From positions 55,763,942-55,827,941 of the forward strand of contig NC_068986.1 of NCBI RefSeq assembly GCF_001194135.2: a stretch of 64,000 bases of DNA, in the 5' to 3' direction. The notes under the pieces were generated by a model, which was not told the origin of the DNA, ran no database searches, and was given only the letters and a program-made list of their open reading frames with translations. A program made the translations under genes and the position numbers. Positions 1-12,720 of the stretch are shown here, in pieces; the first letter of the stretch is position 1; each line of letters begins with the position of its first letter. Source of the DNA: Octopus bimaculoides (lineage: Eukaryota).

Positions 1-240
1 GGATGTGAGAACGTGAGAGTGAATGCGAATGTCAGATAAAAAGAAGACAGTTGAAACGTGGAGGGTGTAATAGAAGTGTCTGTAGGCGTATGGCTGCGAG
101 ACGCAGTTATGTGGAAAGAAAGGAGGTACGAAAGAAGTGAAAGTGCGAGAAAAGGTGCAAGTTCAGAGAGAAAAGTCAGAGAAAAATTAGATGAAAACTC
201 ATTACAATGCAAAACACTAGTAAAGAGGGAGAAAACTAGC

Positions 241-242
<2 letters not shown>

Positions 243-292
<50 letters not shown>

Positions 293-362
293 GACAGACA
301 GACAGACAGACAGAGACAGACAAACAGAGACAGACAGACAGACAGACAGAGAGAAAGGGAGA
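243..362. repeat. (GA)n/(GACA)n compound microsatellite
   Basis: Direct reading of the sequence. Confidence 0.95.
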
Positions 363-1183
363 GGGAGAATGAGAGAGAGATAATTAAAAGTTCTGTGAAC
401 GAGAAAACATTATTTATATATTGCATAACACCGGTAAAAAACCGGAGAGCTTTGGAAGTCCAGGAACTGGTAAAAGAAATTTAATCCGATGAGACACATG
501 GAAAGGCAAGAGGAATGTCACAGATGTGTGTGCACGTGACAGAGTGAAAAGTATTTTTCACGGAAGAAAGAATAAAGAAGAAATGAAGAAAAAAATGTTT
601 AAATTTGTAACTGGTTGAACGTCCGAAGAATTCAAAAATGGAGAAGTAGTAATAAATTCCAGAGATGAGAATCGCGTAAAATGCATGGTGAAGAAGAGTT
701 AAGCAGAACTGCATGATGTAAAGGAAAATCGAGGAGGAAGGAAAAGAGATCTCTTTTGACAGATGTGGAAAATAAAAGGAGGTAAAAAGTAAAAGAATGT
801 TTAAGCGAGTGCGCGCGCGTATTAGCAAGCTGAAAAGTCGGTGGCGGGGAAAGTGTGAAACAGCTGTCAAGCAAAGAGAGCGTAGCGGAGGGAGAAGAAA
901 TGTGTATGAGTGACTGAGAATATGTATATATGCGAGTATTTATATGTGTATGGATGTGTGGATATAAGTGGAGAAAAAAGAGAACGTGTGAGAGTGCCGG
1001 TGTATGTCTGTATGAAGAATGGTTGATGTGTGTGTGTCAGAGACAAGATGGTGAATAGCGATATCGATGTAATCTCAGATATCAACAGACGAAATCATAC
1101 TAACACAATTCGGTTAAATATTCAATCCCAGTATAACTGTGCCAACCTTAGCTTATATCCATTCAATGGCAATATCTCGATAA

Positions 1184-1215
1184 AGAGCTGATATATTGTA
1201 CAATATATCAGCTCT
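1184..1215. repeat. Perfect 32-bp palindrome
   Basis: AGAGCTGATATATTGTACAATATATCAGCTCT equals its own reverse complement. Confidence 0.95.
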
Positions 1216-2845
1216 GTACAATAGTTAAGCTGAAAAGGGACTGTGAAAGCATTTGTTTGGGTTTAACAATATTTACATTTAAGAGTAAGTAAACACAGCT
1301 CATGTATTTTGGTAGTGGTGGATATTTAGAAACCCGAAGCTCTATCTTTCTATCACAATATGTCTAGAAAATGAAAAATAAAGGTATCACGAGCTGTCAG
1401 ATATTGTGGTCTGTTGCTGAATTCGCTAAACTATATCCTTGTATTTTAAATCACGTAACATGTACACTTCAGAAATTTTGTCCTTCTAGTTTATTAAATC
1501 CAAAAACTAAGTTCGTCTCGAAATGTCAGTTACGATATAATATTTTATCAAGGAGTTTATTCTTTTATTCTTTTATTTCTTTCAGTCAGTTGACTGTTTG
1601 GTATACATTTTTAATATATATTGTTTTAAGTTGAATTACTTTGAAATTCTTCGAAAATACTTGAAAATTCTTTGAAGAACTTTGAACACTTTTGAATATT
1701 CAGAATTCTCCTTCCTAACTCGTAATTTTATGCCAGATACTGTCTGTAAGGTAAACATTGTCAAAGGAATTTATTTTGCAAATTGTAGACCTGTTGGTTA
1801 ACTGGAATCTTCTTTTCTGAGAATTAGCAAAAGAACTTGAAACTGCTTATTGTCCATTGATTCTTATATATTATATAAGAAATGATGAGCTGTTTCCTTC
1901 ATACTTTTAATGTTTATATACTTCTAAATCTCCTTTATCTTTCTGCTTTTCTCTCTTTTTGCTCGTTTGTTTTATTTCCTTGATCACATCGTTTTTGCGT
2001 GTTTTTTCTTCTTTTCTACATATGTTTATAAACATGATTGCACTTCGTTCCTTTATTTCGCTCCAGCTGCACTCTTATACATATTCACTTACTTTCTCTT
2101 CCCCTCACTGTTGTCCAACATTCGCTCACTTCATCTTTTGTTGTTGTTATTTAATTCTACTTTTAGTATTTGTCTATTATATATTTTCATATATTTTCTC
2201 CTTCTTTTCTGTTGAATACATACCTTCCATATTTGGTTGAAATCAAAACTACTGTATCTTAAATACGATTGTACATTACAATGTTACACTTCTCAACACA
2301 AGTCGATTACATTGCAATAAACTTGTGTCTAACACTTTCTTCGGTCCATATTATTTTTCTTTTTCACATTCCAGGTCCCTTTTCTCTTCGTTTTTGTTTT
2401 CCTTTTGTTCTCCATTTTTCTTTCCTTTATCTTTTCACCTTTTCCATTTACCTTTTCTTTTATGCCTTTCTTTTTTTTACTTCTTTACATCTTTTCCCCT
2501 CTCTGCCGCTTTGTTTTACAGATTTTCCCTTCCAACTCTCAATTTCAGAGAAAATTTGATTTTTCAGATTTAAAATCATGAATTCTTAGTATTTATGAGC
2601 TTGCCCTACATATGCTGCGCACATTATGATATAATTTTAGTTTGGGCAAAAATAAACATGCAAAACACAGAAAAGCGACGGTATAACATTTCAGTTATAG
2701 GTATTGCTATTAACTCTACCTTATATTTCGAGTACTCTGCCCTCGCGTTTGTGTGTGTGCTCCAGCATGGGTGCAGTCTAATCAATGAAACAAATGAAAG
2801 AATAAAAGAATATATATACGTATAGACTAGAGGGAGAGAAAAAGA

Positions 2846-2950
2846 GACAGACAGACAGACAGAAAGAAAGAAAGAAAGAAAGAAAGAAAGGAAGAAAAAA
2901 ATAAAGAAAGAAAGAAAGAAAGAAAGAAAAAAGAAATAAAGAGAGGGAGA
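2846..2950. repeat. (GACA)n/(GAAA)n microsatellite
   Basis: Direct reading of the sequence. Confidence 0.9.
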
Positions 2951-4395
2951 GAGGCATCCTCACAGATTTTGATATACATATATCTATGTGTTTGCATATA
3001 CGAGTGTTTAAGCTGCAGTTGGTGTTGTTCAATTGTGGGTCAATCTTAATCGAACATACAATGAAATACTTTCCAACCGAGACCTACCCTTCTTTTTATG
3101 ACTATCTAAAACTACAAAGTCGAAGATGCTATTCCCTTTTTTTAAAGACGCTAGAATGTGATTTGAGGATAATTTGGCCGATATTTTTGTAGCTGTAGCA
3201 ACCATATAGAAAAAAAAACCCTTGTTGGCCTGTGTATGAAGTAGTCAAAAAACAAAGGGCAGCAGTTATGGCCTTTGCAGGCTTTCTAGACTGGTGAGAT
3301 CGTAACGGTAGAAGTTAGCCTTGAAATCCTGCAGAAAAAAAGAACAAAAGGCAGATATGTATGACTGGGAAAATACGGGAAACAGGTATGTAAGCCGCAA
3401 GTGCGATGATCAAAGGAGAGAAAACTGCATTAGTTGGTCTTCGACAAAAGGGAGCATCAGCTTGACATTTCGAAGAAGCAATAGAAAGGACAGACAGAAG
3501 TAGTTCATCTGTGATCCAGTTGCTACTTAAAGATTCTTTGTCAATCAACCAAAATAATCATATTTAAATGTCATAAGGTTGCGAACTGGAAATGTTGTTA
3601 GAAGGCTGGATTGATTGCCTTGCAACATACGTTCCTGCGTTCTAAGTTAAAATCCTTCATTTATGGGATTAGTAGTTCAATTACCAGTCCAGTACTTGGG
3701 GCAGACACTTCCTCTATTTTTCTCTCTTTCTTTGAGAATGTTTACTTGTAATTCAAAGTGACTCAACAATGGTTGGAGCACACTGCAATCACATTAAACA
3801 AACATGCAAACTATGAAACGACATAAATGTTAGGAAAGAAGTTTAGGGTTACTCAACGCATGAATAAGTCGTCGTGTAACTTTGTGCTTTTGATGTGTGT
3901 AAAAAGAAACTCATGTGCCATGTCCTCGATTGAGCTTGTTTTCAAAGTCTCTGTTGATGAATGCGATGTATGTTTGGTCCCGCTTGAAAGAGACGTAAAG
4001 AGTAACGAAAGCTGATACCAGTAGTTAGGTGATCAATATCAGAGAGAAGAGTATGGAAGGTGTAAAGGCTGAAAAAAAAAAATAATAAAGGCAGGAAGAT
4101 AGCAGAATGCCTTTGATTAAGGTTGATTTGAAGATAAACAACAATAATGGCCTCTGCTTTAGGAGCAAGGCGAATAATTTGTTAAACAACAATAACAACA
4201 TCATCATCACATTAAACGAACAATTAGCAGCTTCATACATCTACGAACATTAGCCTCACCCTAGCAACACGAACCGCCATCACATACATCTCTACCATAA
4301 CAACCAGTACCATTACGACCAGCAGCACCACCAAAAACACCACTACCACTACCACCACGTCATTGGTCATGGTGTTGATTGTGGTATTGGTTATG

Positions 4396-4404
4396 GTGAT
4401 GATA

Positions 4405-4442
<38 letters not shown>

Positions 4443-4460
4443 GATGATGATGATGATGAT
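4396..4460. repeat. (GAT)n microsatellite in low-complexity GAT/GTG/CAC sequence
   Basis: Direct reading; lies downstream of the gene-2 stop codon, so possibly 3' UTR (inference). Confidence 0.9.
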
Positions 4461-4940
4461 ATTCTAGTGGTTCCTATGATAGTAGTGGTCGTGGTATAGA
4501 TATATTTGTTTCGTGGCTGGTTGGCCACTTGTCAGCAGGCAGTTTCCAATAGCTTTTTTAACCCTTTTTTTGTCCAGTGTTGTGGTGGTCCCGATAGTGA
4601 GATGGTGATGGACGTCTTATAAGGCAGACAGTCTTATCATCATAGTCATTCCAGCCGTGATCATGCCTTCCCTTTTCAGACATATATCAAGAGCTACACG
4701 ACTCAATGTGTCGCCCCCCCCCCCACCTTTTTTTCTAGATGAGTGGGTGTTGTTTGCAGGAGGTCTAACTGCTATTGCTAACAGATTGAGCGAGCACACA
4801 GAATCTCCTTCGTTTGCATTGCTGGTGTTTGTTGTTTTTGTGGTGGTGGGGGATGGGAGTGTATGTGAGGAAAGTAGTGGTGGTTACAGCGTTAGTAGCG
4901 TTAATAGTGGCAGTAGTGATTGTGCTAATCGAGTTGGTGT

Positions 4941-5051
4941 TCAACAGTGGTGATGCTGCTGATGGTGACGATTGATGCAGCTGCTGTTGTTTTTGTTGCT
5001 ATCACTGTTATTTAGCCGCAGGTCAGCCATGCGATGGAGCAAAGCTTTGAT
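4941..5051 (-). CDS. Gene 2 (unidentified): candidate terminal coding exon IKALLHRMADLRLNNSDSNKNNSSCINRHHQQHHHC*
   Basis: Strong acceptor (T-run, CGTTTCTTTTCTCTTCTCTTTCGAGTGCGCCTTAG|ATC). Phase 0 gives 36 aa and matches the phase-0 end of exon 9552-9622. Confidence 0.55.
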   Translation of the reverse strand: MKALLHRMADLRLNNSDSNKNNSSCINRHHQQHHHC

Positions 5052-5267
5052 CTAAGGCGCACTCGAAAGAGAAGAGAAAAGAAACGAAAAAAAAAAAAAA
5101 CTAAGAAGAGTAGGGAGGTAGAGAACTGCAGATTTTCCCACATCACCAGCAGAAGTTACTGAAGCATAAATGGAATAACTTGAGTAATTTTAAATTGAAA
5201 TTAAGAACAAAAAACAAAAACATTATTGAAAGAGAAATCACTGAAATCATAATTGTTTCTAATTTAT

Positions 5268-6500
5268 GCACAAGGCCTGTATTTTGAGGGTAGTTAGTTG
5301 GTATCATAGGTAGTTTATTTTGTTGACCCCAGAACGATAAAAGGTAAAGTTGATCAAAGTAGGGCTTAATCATTTTGGCCAGAAGAAAGAGTGCAAGACG
5401 CTCTAACTCAGCCATTTTTTCCTTGTGGACCCTTTTGATGTCTAATTTAGTCGGGTGGATCTTCATAGCCGTTCGGTGTTTTAAAAAACCCTATTATATT
5501 TTTATAATTAAATATTATTAGGAATTGCATAAAAAATTGTTAAAATATTTTGTGTATTGTAGAAATATAGTCAATTTATTGCACATGACTTTAATAACAA
5601 AATTTTAAACGGACCCCAATTGGGACCCATTAGCTCTAACTATTCTGCCAGCGCATCGCTTTAATCCTTTTGGTAATACCTATTTTTTTGAAACTAGACC
5701 AGCAATTTTATGAGGAGGAAGTAGGAAGTTAATCGGTTATATCTACTCTAGAGCTCAGCTGGTACTGGGTCGTGAAATAATCGAATCCGAAAGCAAAGTC
5801 GATCTAGTCGATCAGATCGTAAAGAGTTTTAAGAAATGTCACTAAGAATTCTTTTTCGATGCGCTAATGATTCTACCAGATCGCCGCTTTAATCATTGCA
5901 AAAATAATTATAGTAATTTTTTTAGATAGATACATGGCCAGAAACTTTGATGCTGAGGTAACAGTAAAATCTGTCAACTCCATTATGGTGCCTTATTTTA
6001 TCGATTCCCGGAAGGATGAAAAGCAAAGTTGACCTCAGCAGCATTTGAATTCAGAACGTGTTGGGCTGGAACAAATATAATTTCTAGCATAGGTACAGGA
6101 TCACACACTTTAGGGGAGAGGTTAGTCTATTGAGTCGACCTCCTTCCTGTAATTTCCTGATACTTTATTTTATCAACCTCAGAATGAAGTTATTCGTGGG
6201 CGGGATTGAATTCAGAACGTAAAGAGGTAGATTAAGTACTGCAAGACCTTTTGTTTGACGATTTTCTAACGATTTTTTCACCCTACAAACCTTTTCTGAT
6301 ATAGACACAAGGCCAGAAATTCGAGATGGTTGGTAGTTGATACCATTGACTCAAGGTTTTGACTAGTATTTTATTTTATCGGTCTTGGAAGGACGAAAAG
6401 CAAAGTTGACCTCTGCAGCATTTGAACTTCAAGCGTAGAGAGCCATAATGAATACCCCAAAGTTAAAACGATTATACCAATCTGACGAACTGGCAGAGCC
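5268..6500 (-). mobile_element. Cluster of about 5 same-orientation degenerate copies of SINE family B
   Basis: Repeated diverged matches to TTTTATCGACCCCGAAAGGATGAAAGGCAAAGTCGACCTC...ATTTGAACTCAGAACGT near 5315, 5790, 6000, 6170 and 6375. Confidence 0.8.
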
Positions 6501-7590
6501 GTTAGAGTTTCGCAGTATTCATACACCTCGAGTGCTTTTAGCGGAGTCCATTCTGTTGCAGATATTTGGACCAGGTTTCCGATTTGTGGCTACTTTCATT
6601 TTTCTCTCTCACCAGTCTCGTAGGTCTTGTAATGGCTAACGATCACTGCCATCCTTCCTGACTAAAAGATAAAAGAAATTTACCATCCTTGAAATAATAT
6701 AATTGTAATAATAATTTAATCTACTTAGACTATAATGTTTGAAAATTATGCTGTGGAATGTAAACAATGTTAAAGTTTGTTGTTCTCTTCACACGCAAAA
6801 AAAAAAAAGAAAAGATTATCCTGACTTGCTTCATGGCTGGTTAACCACTCGTCGATTTATACTTCTGCCCTCGAAGGTAACTTATAACAATCGCTATTCA
6901 AATCAAGCCCAGCTTAGCTGAGATGGATAGACTAGCCATGTAGCTCTCCACTTCCTCAACAAGACTGGCCTGAGACTACGAGTAGCAATACTGCCTCATT
7001 GCCGAATGGAGACTGGCTAATGATGGGAAAAGAAAGAGAGGATAAAATGAGTGAGGCTGGAAGACTCTCATGGAATGTCTGAACTTTACGGACATGTAAA
7101 CTAAGAAATTAGAAGAAATAACCGTTACTAACGCTTAAGAGATAATTTTAGTCGTCGAGCCATCGCTGATTTCGTTCGTTATAGTAGTAGTAGCAGTAGT
7201 AGCGGCAGCGACAACAATAGCAGCTGTTACTGTAAACCAAACAAAATGATTGATTTGTGGCATAGATTTACTCACGCATCGTTGACTGTCTTAGACAATA
7301 TCATTACTGCAACAACAACAAAATAACAGCAAGAACAACAGCAAATTGTTTTCTTTTTCTGAACTGACTCTAAACTGGCAACGAAGTGGCTGCTTGCCTC
7401 ACTAGAAGCAGCAGCTAGATCTCCCTCTCTTAAATATAGGAGACTGTATAATTTAGTCCTAGATAAACATCAAAGACATGATGGCTACGATTGGAAAGCC
7501 TTTAATTATAGGTTTGCTTGATCAACGAATAAGTATATTATCACTAACCACCACCACAAACACCCACTTTCACAGAGCTACCCACGTTAC

Positions 7591-7740
7591 TTATTTCTTT
7601 ATTGCCCATAAGGGGCTAAACATAGAGGGGACAAACAAGGACAGACAAAAGGATTAAGTCGATTACATCGACCCCAATGCGTAACTGGTACTTAATTTAT
7701 CGACCCCGAAAGAATGAAAGGCAAAGTCGACCTTGGCGAC
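7591..7740 (-). mobile_element. SINE family B, 5'-truncated young copy with 3' tail
   Basis: Family-B body plus tail read on + as TTATTTCTTTATTGCCCATAAGGGGCTAAACATAGAGGGGACAAACAAGGACAGAC. Confidence 0.85.
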
Positions 7741-8318
7741 GTTACTGTTAACACTTCTACAGCAGCAACGAACGAGGAAACTTGGAAGAGTTTCAGTGGT
7801 CTCATGACTTACCAGAGATAGCTGTAAAGCTATTTCCTTAAAAGTCACGCTCTACCTTCCCTCCTCCTTCTTTGAACTTAGATAGCAGGGACAGATACTG
7901 TAAAATATTCTATCCGAATATCTAACGATTCTGTCTATTTGTGTGAATGATCATAGACATGATCAAATCATTCAAGCGATGAGCTTTCAGTTCTTTTTTT
8001 TTTTCAGTCTTAGTGTACCGGGGACTGCATTATCCAATCTGTCACAGGTGTCTACCACCCCTTTTTTCCCCCTCAGAAATGGTCAACGGCACAGCAATGG
8101 GCTAACAACCACAACTCACAGAATGAGTTGAAATACCCTACAATCTAGATGTATTGCAAAAATCAGCGCTACTTGGAACTGCACGCTTATTGTGTAAGCT
8201 ACCGTCTGTCTGAGGTTCTTGTAACTTGACAGACAGTACAAACTCCCGGTAGACACAATAACTTCAATCAACAACTTCAATCAACAACATCACGATACTG
8301 GATACTGAGCGACGTTTT

Positions 8319-8319
8319 A

Positions 8320-8360
<41 letters not shown>

Positions 8361-8483
8361 TGATGATGATGATGATGATGGCCACTTCTGTCGAAGACAA
8401 CGCATGTATGTATGTGTATGTATGTATGTATGTATGTATGTATGTACATGTGTATGTAGGTATGTATTATGTGTATATGTATG

Positions 8484-8553
<70 letters not shown>
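8319..8553. repeat. (AAT)n(GAT)n and (TATG)n(TA)n microsatellites
   Basis: Direct reading of the sequence. Confidence 0.95.
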
Positions 8554-8558
<5 letters not shown>

Positions 8559-8780
8559 CATTCCCTCGCTTTTAGCCCGTGTCTATGTGATAAATAAGGT
8601 AGTTTTAGAGCCATTTGGCATCTTCTTCCAGCTTGTTGCATTACTCAGTCATTTCTCTTATTACAATTTTATTATTATATTTCTAAAATGAAATACTTTA
8701 CGCGCGCGCGCGCGCGCTCTCACACACAGTCATTATGATAATTTAGTAAGTAACCAAAAGATGGTTGAGGCTCCGTTCAG

Positions 8781-9227
8781 TATGTTGTGTTGTATCTATT
8801 TTGCAGCTACATCCATACATAAAGTTGTGTATCGCTAAAGATCCTAAGTTTTGGCTGTCATGTTTTTATATGCCCATCTGTTTAGAGAATGAAACATTGC
8901 TACAATTTTCGATTACTATTATCTTTTCATAAGAATTGCAAACATTTGTAAATATAGACAAATAACTGTTGATAAGGAAAAAAAAAAGAGGGAGAAAAAG
9001 GAAAAAAATTGTTGGGGATGTGAATAGGTGAACAGGGATGGATTGAGTTACATTAGGTTTATCCCCGAGTAAAACCTCATGAACTGCTGCCATGGAACCT
9101 ATACCAAGAAAGGACCAGATGAAACGCTACATGTCAGCCTAAACTCAGTGTCTTTAGCTAGACACAACTTTATGTACGGATGTAGCTGATGAATCTCAAA
9201 TTGCAAAATGAATGCAACACAACCATA
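8781..9227. repeat. Long inverted repeat: arms 8781-8863 and 9129-9227, 265-nt spacer
   Basis: The inner 58 nt of the arms align with about 8 mismatches; the outer ~25 nt align after a 15-nt insertion in the right arm. Confidence 0.9.
9052..9098 (-). CDS. Gene 2: candidate 47-nt cassette exon VPWQQFMRFYSGINL(I)
   Basis: Acceptor GGTCCTTTCTTGGTATAG|GTT, CTGAC branch-like motif with the A at -36, donor AT|GTAACT; open in phase 0, matching the upstream exon. Confidence 0.45.
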
Positions 9228-9551
9228 AGGTACAGTAGCTAGATGGGTCAAAACGACCGTTGTACAAAATAAAGATTAATACCAAATTCATCTTATGTTT
9301 ACTTAATCAATTATCATTATCTCAACTAACACTGCGGAGTTCCTGAAGTAGATCCAACGGAAATATACCCCGACTGCAGATGACACCAGGTAGCCCAAAC
9401 TGTGCCAGTTCTCTACTCAACACTTCAACACACTAATCGATATATACCCATTAGTCTAAAATATCATATATATATATATATATATCAAGAAAGAATAAGA
9501 TAAAGAGACCAATGGCAAAGGTACAATTATATTTTATGTATAAAGTCTTAC

Positions 9552-9622
9552 AGCTGTTTCAGGGAAAATCCAATGTATCCCTTCATCGGAGACAGTGATA
9601 GTAGAAGAATCGATTATTACAT
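9552..9622 (-). CDS. Gene 2: internal exon (D)VIIDSSTITVSDEGIHWIFPETA
   Basis: Long polypyrimidine tract ending CTCCTCTTATAG|, donor GCT|GTAAGA; only one of three frames is open (phase 1 to 0). Confidence 0.7.
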
Positions 9623-10389
9623 CTATAAGAGGAGATTTGTAGTAAGAAGTGAAAGCGATGCGTAGAAGAAAGAACAGAGAAGAAAAAGTACTTGGAGTAT
9701 AGTTCCATTCCAGCAGTAGACATCCATGTAAAGAATCCTTGTGGGTATTTTCCGGAGATAATTGTAGTTGCAAAGGTGGATATATATCATATCGTATCCA
9801 GTATACTTTGTGCGTTGTTTACTCAAAAGATAGTCCGAATCGAGTGAGAGATGTGTGTAGGATTACGAGGTCAAGCCTTAAGACAAGAAGGAAGGGAGGA
9901 GGAAGTGATTTAAGATGCGGTTGGTTGACTCCAATACCCTTCATAACCTTTATATATATATATATATNNNNNNNNNNNNNNNNNNNNNNNNNNNNNNNNN
10001 NNNNNNNNNNNNNNNNNNNNNNNNNNNNNNNNNNNNNNNNNNNNNNNNNNNNNNNNNNNNNNNNNNNNNNNNNNNNNNNNNNNNNNNNNNNNNNNNNNNN
10101 NNNNNNNNNNNNNNNNNNNNNNNNNNNNNNNNNNNNNNNNNNNNNNNNNNNNNNNNNNNNNNNNNNNNNNNNNNNNNNNNNNNNNNNNNNNNNNNNNNNN
10201 NNNNNNNNNNNNNNNNNNNNNNNNNNNNNNNNNNNNNNNNNNNNNNNNNNNNNNNNNNNNNNNNNNNNNNNNNNNNNNNNNNNNNNNNNNNNNNNNNNNN
10301 NNNNNNNNNNNNNNNNNNNNNNNNNNNNNNNNNNNNNNNNNNNNNNNNNNNNNNNNNNNNNNNNNNNNNNNNNNNNNNNNNNNNNNNNN

Positions 10390-10455
<66 letters not shown>

Positions 10456-10464
10456 CCACACAGA

Positions 10465-12720
10465 TATTAATGGAATATAAAATTCCGAGAATCACCGAGC
10501 AACACTTTACCACAAACTCATGCTATTAATTACAGCAACAGGAGACACATTAACATTATCAAGAAACTTGATTACTTTTTCAGACTGTTTTCCAGACACT
10601 GTCCACAGGAACAGAGATACCTAGTGGCAACATACATTCAAGACAGGTCAAAAATAATTAAAATCATTAATTTGTCTAACAATGAATTAACAACACAAGT
10701 TAGTATACTCTCTAAAGGACTCGAATTTACACCAAGTCCTCAACAACACAACTATAACGAAATGTGAGACGTTTCTGAATTCTGTAGAAGATTGAAATTC
10801 ACCGAAGAATTGAACGACAACAACTACGATGACGAGTCGATAGTAAGAAACAACAACGGCTACAATCCACCAAGAGATAAAAACGAAACCCATGATAATT
10901 TGTGTGAATATATTTTGAATTATTCACATTAACACACACATAAAGACAAACCAAACTTCAGGAAGAGTGAATGGGACGACCTAAGTTTAAAGATGATAAA
11001 GAAATAATAATTAAAGAGGCCGATAAAGGAAACGCAAAATATTACAGAAATCCTGTGTTATCCATATTAGGAGACAATGCATTCTATGAAAAAGCCCAAA
11101 ACTAGGCAACAAAAATAATGAGAAACCTTAGAATATTAATGAACTAATATTAAAAACGTCTCACCAACAAGGAACACGATTACATTACCAAATTCGGTAA
11201 CCAAAATTTCGGAAACAAGCCACTGCCATATACAGCAATGTTCCTCCACCAAATTTTCAGAATTTAAAACCAATAATATCCGATCCTGCATGCGAAACCC
11301 ACCGCCTGAGCAATGTTGTTTTAGATATCCTGCTTAAACCATTTCTCAAACACTTCAGAAGCTTCATAAGACATGACTTAGATATGCTCAATCATCTATT
11401 GAAAATAGTCAACGAAAATCTGAGAATATTTTTCGATGTAGTGAATTTCTATTCAAACAACCCTCACGACTTAAGAATTGAAGCCATTAAATTCTGACTG
11501 GATAATTATACAAGAAAATATTCATAACATACAAGAAAACTGGAAAAGTTCCCTCGACGGTTGTTTCATTCTCTGGAATGAAAGAACAGAGAAACTAAAG
11601 GAATTTGAAACACTCCACAATGGAGCTAATGAAAACATTCAATTTCCCATGGAATATAGCCATAAGCAACTCCCATTTTTAGACATCCTTTTAAAAAAGT
11701 CAACAAACAAATAAAGACAGACACTTACTATAAGCCTATGGATTCCAAACAATATCTTCCATTCAGTTCATGCTGTGCAAGACATACCACAATGAATGTC
11801 CCTTATTACTTAGCCAAAAGGATTTGTACAATAGTATCGGATACAAACACCCATAAGACCGTAAGAACTGAAGCATACAATATCCAGGAACTCAAACAAA
11901 CAAAACAAAGAAATAAATCTGCCACACATCACTACTCTCAACTTCCAAAACAATGAAACCTACAACATCGTATCACATAATATTCCATTACTGAAAAAGG
12001 ACCACAGAATGAAGCAAATCCTGCAAACACATATTATTATAAAGAGCAAAAGGCAAAAGAAACGCTCTAAGTCAACGCATAATCCTGCATAGATCACAAA
12101 TTAAAGTACAGGAATACAAACAAATAGGACTCGGTGAACATATAGACACATGTGCAGATAAGAAACAACAAAACTTTACGATTTTCCATATCTATAAAAT
12201 TGCTGATGATACGACGCAACGCCGTTGCATCAACAAAGAAATGTCCTTCATAACAAAATACCAACTACACCTAAATCTCTGTGGCAGAGGAAAGGGAGCT
12301 AACAACCATCACCAACAATATTGCAACTGAGCTATCACGATGACTACTGCTAGGTTATAGATTGACAGCTGCTATAAGCCAATACTGTTACTACTAGTTA
12401 GATGGAAGGCTGCTATAAGTATTGGGAACAATAGTTACCTCTACTACTCTCCCTCCTCCAATCACCAACAATCTACTTGCTACCACTTTCATTAACTGGC
12501 CACCGCCGCCAGCTAGTAACATTGAGAAGGAAGCGAAATGCAACCAATGTGATCTTTATAAGAGAAGATATGTGAACTCCCAGAACTGATATTGTGAAAG
12601 TTTACTTTAATTTACTTCAATTTTAATTTAATTTAATTTCTATTTCATTGTAGCATGAAGAGATCGTATTAAAGCGACCGAAACCGGTAGCTGTTTTGTT
12701 AATATTGTACATATTGTCTT
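10465..12720 (+). mobile_element. Degenerate Penelope-like retroelement (RT, GIY-YIG C-terminal part, 3' region)
   Basis: Broken-frame motifs KIINLSNNELT..ILSKGLEFTPSP, IIIKEADKGNA, DVVNFYSN, LDGCFILW (decayed xDD), QLPFLDIL, YYKPMDSKQYLPFSS, HRSQIKVQEYKQIGLGEHIDTCA and KEMSFITKYQLHLN. Confidence 0.9.
12651..12694 (+). ncRNA. Degenerate minimal type I hammerhead ribozyme motif at the PLE 3' end
   Basis: tagc-ATGAAGA-gatcg tattaaag cgacc-GAAA-CCGG-TA-gctg. C3 is replaced by A, stem II has one mismatch, stem III is palindromic. Confidence 0.55.

Noticed and set aside
4150-4460. Apparent fold-back between CAC/CAT-rich and GTG/ATG-rich tracts
   Set aside because: Complementarity comes only from low-complexity trinucleotide repeats.
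6860-7100. Strong-looking minus-strand acceptors at about 7017 and 7100
   Set aside because: No good donor follows and frames close quickly; they could be alternative terminal exons but there is no positive evidence.
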